Virus record (IMG/VR): IMGVR_UViG_3300042109_000062
Coordinates: 1-34,225 of that record
DNA: 34,225 nt
Strand: one strand, 5' to 3'
Source of the DNA: a virus
Lineage: Duplodnaviria; Caudoviricetes
A model generated the notes under the pieces. The model searched no databases, was not told the origin of the DNA, and saw only the letters and a list, made by a program, of their open reading frames with translations. This document shows positions 18,027-25,810 of this stretch, one piece after another (the stretch's first letter is position 1; every line of letters begins with the position of its first letter). The translations under genes and the position numbers were made by a program.

Positions 18027-18274
18027 GGCTTCACCTCGTTGAGTTTCCGCCACACGTACATGACCAGCAGCGAGCCGACGACAGAAAACACGAAGCCAGC
18101 AGGCCGATACGACGATCCGGTGACGATTGATCCGACGAGCCCGCCGGCAATCGACCCGGCCACGCCGATGCCGATCGTCTGCAGCCGGTTTGCAGGTGCC
18201 GCATCTGGCCAAAGCCACTCGGCGATGCTGCCGGCGATGTATCCAAACACCACCCAAACAACGAGAGAAATCAT
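18023..18274 (-). CDS. GlsB/YeaQ/YmgE (transglycosylase-associated) membrane protein
   Basis: 83 aa, three hydrophobic segments. WVVFGYIAGSIA..L.P, IGIGVAGSIAGG and SVVGSLLV patterns. Confidence 0.8.
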   Translation of the reverse strand: MISLVVWVVFGYIAGSIAEWLWPDAAPANRLQTIGIGVAGSIAGGLVGSIVTGSSYRPAGFVFSVVGSLLVMYVWRKLNEVKP

Positions 18275-18528
18275 CACCAGCCCTCCGCGTGACAGATCAT
18301 TGAATCTTCGCCGTGTCGTGCGGCGTACGTTCGCTGCGGCATCGGCTCGGCAAACACGGCGACCCACAATCCAAGCTTGGCAATTTTTGCGAGGAAGCGT
18401 GCCACGGGCCTGTCTCGCTGCGGGTGAAACGGATTCACGGGGTTAAAGCCGGGAACGCTGGCGACGAGGTAGCCCACGACGAGGCAGGCGAGGCACGACA
18501 GGACGAGGGTGGAGCGGGTCATGGTCAT
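18274..18528 (-). CDS. Small membrane protein (84 aa)
   Basis: MTMTRSTLVLSCLACLVVGYLV..., starts 2 nt after the peptidase stop. Confidence 0.65.
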   Translation of the reverse strand: MTMTRSTLVLSCLACLVVGYLVASVPGFNPVNPFHPQRDRPVARFLAKIAKLGLWVAVFAEPMPQRTYAARHGEDSMICHAEGW

Positions 18529-18530
18529 GG

Positions 18531-19691
18531 TTAGAAGGCCAGTTGATGGTTGACCGAGGCCGTCGTCTTGACGGTTTTCGGCGCGGGTTCCGGTTGCATC
18601 CATTCGATGTGGTTTAGGTCGCGGTACTTGAATCCGTTGACGCTGCCAATCACGAACGAGTCGCCTTGTGCCAGGATGGCCTCGGCGTCCTTTCGCGTGA
18701 TCCAGAACGAACCATCCGGTTGATCGGCCGGGTGCTTGCCGCCGCCGACGTAGTTGCCCCACGAGTTCATCACCAGCACGCCGTCGCGTGGGTTTTTCAT
18801 AGGCTCGGCTGATCCGGCACCGTTGTTCTTGGCGTACTTGACCGCCACGATGCACATGCAATGGTTCCAAGTGCTGGCCCGGCTGCAGAAACCGTCCGCG
18901 TCTCGAGCACCTGACGCGAAGCCGATGTTCGAGCAGATAGGCACGCACATGCCTGACTCCAGTGCTGCCGTCAGGCTGGCCCAGTCTTCGCAGAGTGCGA
19001 CAGCCTTTGCTGTGTGCTCGTTGGCCTTGGTGGCGAGATCTTTGGGAACGCCGTACGCTCCCCACTTCTCGGAGAGCGGTATCGAGTAGTTGGTCAGGTC
19101 GATGTCGCCGTACTTGTCGCGGTACAGGATGCCGCCGATGCTCTTGTCTTTGCACCGGCCGGACACCCAGCGTGCAGCTGCACCGCCATAGCTGCCGTCA
19201 CTCCACCCGGCAAACGTGACTGGAGGCAGCCGAGCCGCCGTCCTGCTGCCGCCATAGATCGGTTCGGTTGCCACGACTCGCGGAAGATCTGCCAGGTTGC
19301 CAGCGACGTGGTCCACGCACTGGCCGATATATGAGCCCATCGCCCATCCAAAGCTCACGCACGACCCGTGCTGGCCTTGATTCCACGGTCCGAAAGCCGT
19401 TCCGTACTTTTGCCGGTGGCATCGGTCTGCGAATCGGTAGAGATACGAATCGACGCCTTTCGCACCGGCGATGACCTCGGCACCGGCCTGAGCAAACTTC
19501 GGCTGATCCAGTTCGGAAAGAAACTTGCGGACGCCTTCTGGGTTGGCGACGTAGCCGTAGTTGCCCTCGAGCCGGTCAGCGATGCGCCCGACGTACCGCG
19601 AGACAACGGTGCCGAGCACGGCCGCAAATACGACGAACGCAATCGCAGAGAATGTCCACTGCGATGGGTGCTCAGTGTCACTTCGCCGCAT
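18531..19691 (-). CDS. Membrane-anchored papain-like (C1A) cysteine peptidase
   Basis: N-terminal TM helix. QGQHGSCVSFG (Gln/Cys), WNHCM (His) and VMNSWG (Asn) motifs. Confidence 0.82.
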   Translation of the reverse strand: MRRSDTEHPSQWTFSAIAFVVFAAVLGTVVSRYVGRIADRLEGNYGYVANPEGVRKFLSELDQPKFAQAGAEVIAGAKGVDSYLYRFADRCHRQKYGTAFGPWNQGQHGSCVSFGWAMGSYIGQCVDHVAGNLADLPRVVATEPIYGGSRTAARLPPVTFAGWSDGSYGGAAARWVSGRCKDKSIGGILYRDKYGDIDLTNYSIPLSEKWGAYGVPKDLATKANEHTAKAVALCEDWASLTAALESGMCVPICSNIGFASGARDADGFCSRASTWNHCMCIVAVKYAKNNGAGSAEPMKNPRDGVLVMNSWGNYVGGGKHPADQPDGSFWITRKDAEAILAQGDSFVIGSVNGFKYRDLNHIEWMQPEPAPKTVKTTASVNHQLAF

Positions 19692-20223
19692 CGGTTGCCG
19701 CCCTCCCGATGTCGCGGTAGGCCGCGACCCACGCGGCACGTACTTCAGGCGTCAGCGGCCCTCCGTCCGTTCCGACTTTTTCGTCGAGGTATCTGGCGAT
19801 GGCATCTCTGGCTTTCGGCTGGCGGTCGCCGATGGAAACGCCACGGCAGCGCAGAATCCGAGCCGCCTTTCGCAGTTCGTCAACTGAGACACCCGTCGCC
19901 AGATAAGGCGTCGGCTGGCTCCCGTCAAACTCAATCTCGTCGGCGAGCTCATGGCAGAGTGCTCCGATGAGGGAGGCGTCGTCACTGGCGGTCGGAGAGA
20001 CGAACATGCCACGTAGGACGAGTGGCCCGGCGTCCGGCTCTGGCGTCGGCTGCTCGTCAGCAGTTGGCCACCACATCACGGCCAGCGCCACAAGCAACAG
20101 GGCCACGGCAACCAACTTCTGCGGCTCTAGCTTCCTCACCCAGTTCATAGCGGGGCGAAGTTTCTTGACATCGACGCCGTAGAAAAGCGCGAATGCAGCG
20201 GCCACCAACGCAAGCGAAATCAT
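19678..20223 (-). CDS. Membrane protein with two N-terminal hydrophobic segments
   Basis: 181 aa, AGGAG SD, two TM segments followed by a PTPEPD linker. Confidence 0.72.
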   Translation of the reverse strand: MISLALVAAAFALFYGVDVKKLRPAMNWVRKLEPQKLVAVALLLVALAVMWWPTADEQPTPEPDAGPLVLRGMFVSPTASDDASLIGALCHELADEIEFDGSQPTPYLATGVSVDELRKAARILRCRGVSIGDRQPKARDAIARYLDEKVGTDGGPLTPEVRAAWVAAYRDIGRAATDAAK

Positions 20224-20232
20224 GCGAGTCTC

Positions 20233-20505
20233 CTAGTCCGTATCTGATTCTGCCTCATCGTCCCCGTCTCCTTGCAGCGGGGGCGTGACGTTGACCACGT
20301 CGTTCAGCCAATCCCATCCGGCTCGGTAGCAGTCCATCGCCTCTTCGTGGGCGTCCTTGCGATCAAGCCGGAACGGCTGCTTAAACACCTCTTCATCGAG
20401 AACCTTGCCGTTGCCATCGGTCACGTAGGTGTAGACGTACTGCTGACCGTACTCGACGACGATGCGACGCAGCACATCCTCCTTGCCTCTTGGGGCCAGA
20501 CTCAT
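20233..20505 (-). CDS. Hypothetical protein (90 aa)
   Basis: MSLAPRGKEDVLRRIVVEYG..., ATGA overlap. Confidence 0.7.
   Translation of the reverse strand: MSLAPRGKEDVLRRIVVEYGQQYVYTYVTDGNGKVLDEEVFKQPFRLDRKDAHEEAMDCYRAGWDWLNDVVNVTPPLQGDGDDEAESDTD
20247..20277 (-). promoter_or_regulatory. Putative late promoter CTGCAAG-N18-CAGAAT
   Basis: Copy of the four-copy motif, just upstream of the membrane/peptidase cluster. Confidence 0.6.
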
Positions 20506-20876
20506 GGCGTGGCTTCCCAGGGTTCGCAATCGTCTCCGTACTCGACGTGCTCGCAAGCCTCGCCCTCCAGCGGTATCCGCATCAGCGAAACGTGCGATGT
20601 CTTCGTGACGCGGCGATCCTCGCGGACCTCGTCAGTCCACGTCGATTGGATACGCAAGCACGCCTGCTGGATCTCGGTGGTTGTCGGATCACGCTGGCGA
20701 GCCGGCTTCTGCCGCAGGCGTCGGTCGTGCCGTGGCGGCAGGCTCCAGACGTGCTTGAGCCTGATGACTTGGTCGCGGGTAATAGTCCACCGCTCGCACA
20801 GTAGCCGCATAGGCATGTGCGTGAGCCAATCTGCGCGGAATGCCGTCAGGCTGATTGTTGCGGTCTGACCTCGCAC
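20502..20876 (-). CDS. Putative HTH protein (GcrA-like N-terminus)
   Basis: AFRADWLTHMPMRLLCERWTITRDQVIRLKHVWSLPPR. Start uncertain (GTG 20876). Confidence 0.55.
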   Translation of the reverse strand: MRGQTATISLTAFRADWLTHMPMRLLCERWTITRDQVIRLKHVWSLPPRHDRRLRQKPARQRDPTTTEIQQACLRIQSTWTDEVREDRRVTKTSHVSLMRIPLEGEACEHVEYGDDCEPWEATP

Positions 20877-21736
20877 GGCTCCGGCATCCAAGACATGAGC
20901 ATCCGCTGCGACGGGTTCAGATACAGGTGCTGCCCGGTCGCCTCGGCGATGCTCTGGTGAAACGGCACATGCTCGCAGTCTGCGGTGCCGTCGTACGTGC
21001 CTCGCAGATAGGCGTCGGTGCGGTAGATGGTCATGCCGCCGAACGCACTCGACACAAGCACTGGAGGCGAGCCGACAGGCGGCAGCCAAGAGAAACCGAA
21101 ACCGCCGTAGCCGTTCTGGTAGGTGTCGTAATAGCAGCGATGCTGCCCGACGCCGCGAAGCGCCCAGAGGTCGTAATGCACCCACAGCGGTCCGTTGCCA
21201 AAGTCGTATTGAAACAGCGACACGCTCGACATGCCGTAGGCACCCGGCATTTCGACAAGCCAACCGATGCCGCTGAGCACGCCCTTCTCGTTCCAGCCGC
21301 CCCATGCGTCGAAGTCCACGACCACCACGTAGTCGGAGTCTGCAGCACACGCTCGCACCCACCGCTGGCAGGCGTCGCGGTACTCGGCGAGAGCCACGGT
21401 GCGCCGGCCGGCGAACTCGGCTGCGTACTGCTCGCGGCCAAGCATCTGGTAGTGGAAGGTGGCCTGATTGTGCTCGCGTGCGAAAGCCGCAAGCACCTCG
21501 AGCGTCTCATCCTCGCAGTCGTTCGACTCAACGTGTAGTTGCCACGTTTTGCACCGTCGCCCGAGGCTCTCGGCTAGGCCGAGGTTCTGCGCCAGCCTTG
21601 CCGCACAGTTGCGAGCGAGCCCGACAATGGCAATCCTGCTGTGACGCAGCCTCTCGGCACCTTCGGCGACACGCTCCTGATACGGCAGCAGGAATGGCTC
21701 GCTTGGAAACCAGAGCTTTGCCGGCATGTCAGGCAT
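20846..21736 (-). CDS. GT-A fold glycosyltransferase (CAP59-like)
   Basis: IAIVGLARN, VESNDCEDET, LAEYRD, YVVVVDFD (DxD), SAFGGMTIY and DCEHVPFH motifs. Confidence 0.75.
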   Translation of the reverse strand: MPDMPAKLWFPSEPFLLPYQERVAEGAERLRHSRIAIVGLARNCAARLAQNLGLAESLGRRCKTWQLHVESNDCEDETLEVLAAFAREHNQATFHYQMLGREQYAAEFAGRRTVALAEYRDACQRWVRACAADSDYVVVVDFDAWGGWNEKGVLSGIGWLVEMPGAYGMSSVSLFQYDFGNGPLWVHYDLWALRGVGQHRCYYDTYQNGYGGFGFSWLPPVGSPPVLVSSAFGGMTIYRTDAYLRGTYDGTADCEHVPFHQSIAEATGQHLYLNPSQRMLMSWMPEPCEVRPQQSA

Positions 21737-22496
21737 ACGGCACCTGCCTCCTCACGCACATGGCACGGCGCACCTCTTGCGGCAGATTCGTGCCGTCCAC
21801 CCACTCGCGGCACCGCTTGTAGAAGTGCTCGCGGCTCTCGCCTTCGCGGCCGATGGCACCGTACCCGGCCGGATCTTGAGTGAAGACCGCACCGAACTGC
21901 GGCACGTACGTGCAGCCATGCATGGCCGCTACCGCGGCGTATCCAATGGCGTCGCTCCACGGACCCATGCACCAGAACTCACGCTCGGCGAGCCACAGCA
22001 GATGCTCTCGGCGGATACCGGCACCTATCCCCGTCTCACTCGGCCACTGCCAATGAACAATGCGGTCGCAGGTGGCCGCCGCGTCGAGCGTCGTCGTCTC
22101 GGTGTATCCGCTGATGACTCCGTGCGTCACGCGGTTAGACGTGTCGCACACGTAGTAGTCGGTGAAGACCACTGCAGCATCAGCGTGGGCCTCGATGTGC
22201 CCGAGGCACCCATGCACTAGGGCGTCGTCGGCACCCATGCACACGACGTGCGTGCCCACCAGCGACGGGTAGACCGTGGCCGAAGCTTCTTGCCAATCAT
22301 CGCTTTTCTCGTCGTGACGCACGTATCGCACGCATGGGTAGTGCTGCTGCACATGCTCTACGACTGCCGCCGTGTCGTCCGTACTTGCGTCGTCAATGAC
22401 GACCACTTCGGCCGGGCCTTGAGCGGCCGCCGAGACAATGGCTCGAGCAAGCGTCTCCGCTCGGTTCCACGTCGGGATGACAACCGACACGCTCAC
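21729..22496 (-). CDS. Glycosyltransferase family 2
   Basis: VSVVIPTWNRA, VVVIDDASTD and MGADD motifs. Confidence 0.88.
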   Translation of the reverse strand: MSVSVVIPTWNRAETLARAIVSAAAQGPAEVVVIDDASTDDTAAVVEHVQQHYPCVRYVRHDEKSDDWQEASATVYPSLVGTHVVCMGADDALVHGCLGHIEAHADAAVVFTDYYVCDTSNRVTHGVISGYTETTTLDAAATCDRIVHWQWPSETGIGAGIRREHLLWLAEREFWCMGPWSDAIGYAAVAAMHGCTYVPQFGAVFTQDPAGYGAIGREGESREHFYKRCREWVDGTNLPQEVRRAMCVRRQVPYA

Positions 22497-23167
22497 AGCT
22501 TGGCTCCCGTGCAGATCGCCAGCCTGTAGTGCGCCATCGGGCCGAAGCCGGTGTGCAGCGTCTCGTCGTTCATGCCAAACAGGTAGACGTTTCGCCAGTA
22601 GTGCAACAGCGTGTCACGCAGCCCCTGTTCGGTCTTGCAGTTAACGTGCCCGGCCTTGCTCACTGCTGATGCGTATGGCTGCGACTCAAGCGACGGGCAG
22701 CCAAAGATCACGGTGCCGTGGACGCCTACGCTCAGTGCCATGTTGCCGAGGAAAAATCCCTCACGCTCGGCCGGCACATGCTCAAGCACGTCGAGAGCAA
22801 ACGCCGCGTCAAACTCCTGCAACAGACGGTCTGGCGGAAACGTCGGCTTCGCCGTCATGTCGTGTTGGCGTACCACGACGTTCTGTTGCTGGCGGCTCCT
22901 GGCGTATTCGACGAATCGCTCGTCAAAATCCACGCAGACAAGCGTGCCGACATCGCGGGCCACCACGGCCGATGCCCAAGCGTCTCCGCAACCGACCTCA
23001 AGCACTCGTTTGCTGCCGGCCAACATCTTGGCCACGAACTTGTACCGGGCAAGCGTAAACCCGAGCCGCTTCGGATCCGTTCGCCATGTGTAGTTTGCCA
23101 TGATGCCGAGCTCGGAGAGCCCGCAGGAGGCTAGGTCGTGCAGCGGCTGATATTGCGTCTCGCTCAT
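22493..23167 (-). CDS. Class I SAM-dependent methyltransferase
   Basis: ARYKFV, VLEVGCGD, CVDFD and FDAAFALDVLEHV motifs, typical of glycan-associated methyltransferases. Confidence 0.88.
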   Translation of the reverse strand: MSETQYQPLHDLASCGLSELGIMANYTWRTDPKRLGFTLARYKFVAKMLAGSKRVLEVGCGDAWASAVVARDVGTLVCVDFDERFVEYARSRQQQNVVVRQHDMTAKPTFPPDRLLQEFDAAFALDVLEHVPAEREGFFLGNMALSVGVHGTVIFGCPSLESQPYASAVSKAGHVNCKTEQGLRDTLLHYWRNVYLFGMNDETLHTGFGPMAHYRLAICTGAKL

Positions 23168-23562
23168 GACACTCGCACAGTCGTGCGCCCCTCCGTGCCA
23201 TACGACTTCTCGACCACAAGCCGGGCCACGCAGGTGTCGTCGCCGACCACGTCCTGCAGAGCGTCCAGCACGGCTTTGCCGATGTTGTCCACGTCGGGCC
23301 TCGGCAGTCGCGGTGCCGTGGCCTTCACGCCTGCCTTGTTCATGTGTGACTTCGGTCTGGCAAATACCGCATCAATCACCACGTTCAGCGGCTCGTCCGT
23401 GGCCGGAACGCTAGCCGCTCGAGCAGCTGCTGCTATTGCTTGGCGATACGCATGCACCGGATGCGTCTTCGGCACGTAGGCGCGAGCAAAGCCGCCGCGA
23501 GTTGAGACACGCGGCCGAGGCTGCGGCACCGGGTCGCCGTCAATGCTGAACGTCCACGACAT
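23164..23562 (-). CDS. rusA: RusA-like Holliday junction resolvase
   Basis: GDPVPQPRPR, RPDVDNIGKAVLDAL and GDDTCV...KSYG motifs. Confidence 0.9.
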   Translation of the reverse strand: MSWTFSIDGDPVPQPRPRVSTRGGFARAYVPKTHPVHAYRQAIAAAARAASVPATDEPLNVVIDAVFARPKSHMNKAGVKATAPRLPRPDVDNIGKAVLDALQDVVGDDTCVARLVVEKSYGTEGRTTVRVS

Positions 23563-24319
23563 GCTCTGACGGTAGCGGCGTAGTCAACTCGCCGGTCGTC
23601 GTCTCGGAGATCCAGCCAATGTAGTCGCCCACTCGCGTGTGGCCGCTTTCCTGCCCGGTCGTGCTGAGCACCTGGCCTTTGCCGTCCCGCATGACTATGG
23701 AGTGAATACCGGCAAGCCGACCGCGCACAAGCATCGCACCGCCGCTGTCGCCTGGTGCTGTCAGGATCTCGCGAGCCGACGTGCCGGCACACCCGTGGCA
23801 GATCCATAGGCTCCGGTCACGCCTGCAGATCGTGTTGGTTCCGGCCCGCCGCTCGCCATCAATGGTGTCGTAGCCGGTCGTTAGCGGCCCCGTCGCACCG
23901 TAGCCGACAATCACCACGTCGTCGCCGATGGCCTCTGTGCCGTCCGCCAGCAGCGGGTACGCCGCAAACCCTAGCGGCTCGTCGCAACGCAAAAGGGCCA
24001 GGTCGTGCTCGCCCATCATGGCGTGGCGAAAGCCGGGGTGCACAATTACGCGGCCTACAATCCACGTACGGTCGCCGAGATGGACGCTAGCCTGCTTGGC
24101 GTCATGCACGACGTGAGCGGCCGTAAGCAGCCACTGGTCGCTGATGGCCACGGCAGACCCGCAGCCAAGCTCTCCTTCGTGGTTCTCGGCGTAGAGCTTG
24201 AGCACGTAGCCGTGCTGGTCGCCGGCCTCAAGGTAGCGGGCGTCGTCGATTGCCGGGTCTGTCGTGCCCGCGAAGGCCGACCCGCACAAACACAGAAGAA
24301 TCAGCAGGCGTCGCCCCAT
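23540..24319 (-). CDS. Secreted trypsin-like (S1) serine protease
   Basis: Signal-peptide-like N-terminus and catalytic triad motifs LTAAHV, DLALL and GDSGG. Confidence 0.9.
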   Translation of the reverse strand: MGRRLLILLCLCGSAFAGTTDPAIDDARYLEAGDQHGYVLKLYAENHEGELGCGSAVAISDQWLLTAAHVVHDAKQASVHLGDRTWIVGRVIVHPGFRHAMMGEHDLALLRCDEPLGFAAYPLLADGTEAIGDDVVIVGYGATGPLTTGYDTIDGERRAGTNTICRRDRSLWICHGCAGTSAREILTAPGDSGGAMLVRGRLAGIHSIVMRDGKGQVLSTTGQESGHTRVGDYIGWISETTTGELTTPLPSEHVVDVQH

Positions 24320-24325
24320 GCACGG

Positions 24326-24356
24326 ATAATGGCATCCGTGTCACGCTGTCTTGCAG
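24326..24356 (-). promoter_or_regulatory. Putative late promoter CTGCAAG-N18-CATTAT (leaderless protease transcript)
   Basis: Copy of the four-copy motif. The ATG lies 6 nt after the -10-like hexamer. Confidence 0.62.
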
Positions 24357-24428
24357 CGGCGTTACGAAGGCTGCGTAGCAGCGGCATTGCGAGCGGCGCG
24401 GCCGCGTCGTGCGAAAGCGTAGGAAGTT

Positions 24429-24477
24429 ATGCAGCGGATGGTGCTGCTATGGGAAACAACAGAAACAATGGTTCTCT
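24429..24477 (+). repeat. Degenerate attC-like site 1
   Basis: Remnant left arm ATGCAGCGGA (24429-24438) and R' core GTTCTCT (24471-24477). Confidence 0.45.
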
Positions 24478-24480
24478 GCA

Positions 24481-25305
24481 CTACGCCACGCCAATCGGTA
24501 GCGCCTGTTGTGCCAACCGTTTCCGGCTGATCTCGACGTACTCCGGGTTCACTTCGATCCCGATGAATCGCCGCCCCGTCTCGCGGGCCATCTTCGCCGT
24601 CGTGCCGCTGCCACTGAACGGGTCGAGCACAACGTCGCCGGGGTTGCTCCATGAGAGGATGTGATCGCGGGCTAGGGCTTCTGGGAATGGCGCAGGATGT
24701 TCGTTTCCATCTCCTCCTACGTTCATTTGCCAGACGTTTGTGCGAAGCCCAAAAGCGGGTGTGATGCCAGATCCGGTTGCCCTCGCTCCGTTTTTCACGC
24801 ATCGACCTCCAGCCGTTTTCCGAAAGACCTTGCCAGCCGTTGCATTTGGGCGATCGGTTATCCGGTTCACGGTCGCGGGCAGTCCATTTGCAAACACGAA
24901 CATAAACTCCGCCGATTGCGGATATGCAAACTTGCTTCCATTTGCACCCTTTGGCGGCTTGTTCCAAATCATCGTGTCCAAAAGACGCAAGCCGATGCTC
25001 TTGAAGTGCAACGCCTGCCGATAGCTCGCGCCAGATTCGTCGGCGTCTTTCGTAGAGTCCGCCACGTTCCACACGATCACCCCGCCCGGCTTGAGCAGCC
25101 GCTTGAGATTCCACGCCACCCCGTAGAAATCCCACGAGTGGCCGCCGTAGGTACGGAGGTCGTCGTATGGCGGGCTCGTCACAACGAGGTCAATCGACTC
25201 GCTCGGCATCTGCCGCATTACATCGCAGTTGTCGCCGCAGATGATTTGGTCAAGCGGGAGAGAACCAGCCGATGCAACGGACGGCCCTGCTACGTCATGT
25301 GTCAT
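24481..25305 (-). CDS. Orphan DNA amino-methyltransferase, beta class (SPPY, probably N4-cytosine)
   Basis: IICGD, DLVVTSPPY, HPAPFP, VLDPFSGSGTT and FIGIE motifs. The start codon lies within the attC-like site. Confidence 0.93.
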   Translation of the reverse strand: MTHDVAGPSVASAGSLPLDQIICGDNCDVMRQMPSESIDLVVTSPPYDDLRTYGGHSWDFYGVAWNLKRLLKPGGVIVWNVADSTKDADESGASYRQALHFKSIGLRLLDTMIWNKPPKGANGSKFAYPQSAEFMFVFANGLPATVNRITDRPNATAGKVFRKTAGGRCVKNGARATGSGITPAFGLRTNVWQMNVGGDGNEHPAPFPEALARDHILSWSNPGDVVLDPFSGSGTTAKMARETGRRFIGIEVNPEYVEISRKRLAQQALPIGVA

Positions 25306-25347
25306 GGTGAGTTTTCCGGTGGCCGCCGTTGATCTTCCGTGTTCTGA
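25259..25347 (+). repeat. Intact integron attC-like recombination site 2
   Basis: AGAGAAC-CAGCCG-AT(G)CAACGG(A)CGGCC ... GGCCGCCGTTGAT-CTTCCGT-GTTCTGA: AAC/GTT cores, unpaired spacer, and L boxes with two extrahelical bases. Confidence 0.8.
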
Positions 25348-25348
25348 T

Positions 25349-25645
25349 CTACGCAACCTCTGCTAACTTCGCCCGCAGAACCCGGATGCACTCGTCGTTC
25401 TCTTCGTTGCTCGCCGGGTCGCTACGCTCGCTGGCGTTGCTCTCGGCAATGGCGAGTTCTTGCCGCAAGATTTCGACGGCTGCGGCCTTCTTCATCTCTG
25501 CGTCACGCAGCGTCCGCAAGAACGGCAGCGCAGCCTCTACGAGCGCGTGCATGGCACCGCCCCTTGCGTGCCAATCGCCGCGGGTCGTCTCCTTCTCTGC
25601 CAGCGTGATGATTGCGTCCAGTTCCCTGATGTCGATCATCTCCAA
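25349..25645 (-). CDS. Hypothetical protein (98 aa) in attC-bounded cassette
   Basis: TAAGGAG SD before a TTG start. Stop is adjacent to the attC-like R' box. Confidence 0.68.
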   Translation of the reverse strand: MEMIDIRELDAIITLAEKETTRGDWHARGGAMHALVEAALPFLRTLRDAEMKKAAAVEILRQELAIAESNASERSDPASNEENDECIRVLRAKLAEVA

Positions 25646-25653
25646 TGCTCCTT

Positions 25654-25725
25654 ATCAGGACCACGCGATGCCGTCTGCGGAATTGTAAGTCAGCGGTCGC
25701 GGGCCGCTTATCCTGCGTGTTCTGG
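25654..25725 (+). repeat. Partly degenerate attC-like site 3
   Basis: ATCAGGAC-CACGCG-ATG ... GGGCCGCTTAT-CCTGCGT-GTTCTGG. Right arm conserved, left arm damaged. Confidence 0.6.
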
Positions 25726-25794
25726 CTATCTACTAGCCACTTACTAACTTCCGAATTTTTTTATATTTGCCGCTTACCAGATTACGGCGACGGT

Positions 25795-25810
25795 ATCGCT
25801 GGCGTTCTTA
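25795..25810 (+). repeat. attC-like right half-site 4
   Basis: AT-CGCTGGC-GTTCTTA with the same spacing as sites 2 and 3. Overlaps the upstream gene's stop codon. Confidence 0.5.

Noticed and set aside
24481-25305. Restriction-modification system
   Set aside because: No adjacent endonuclease-like ORF. Orphan methyltransferases are common in temperate phages.
25719-25803. Coding cassette between attC-like sites 3 and 4
   Set aside because: Only about 85 bp, AT-rich, with no credible ORF. It may be an empty or decayed cassette or a promoter, which cannot be resolved from sequence alone.
24429-25810. CRISPR array interpretation of the repeated elements
   Set aside because: The repeats are degenerate and irregularly spaced around whole genes, and no cas genes are present.
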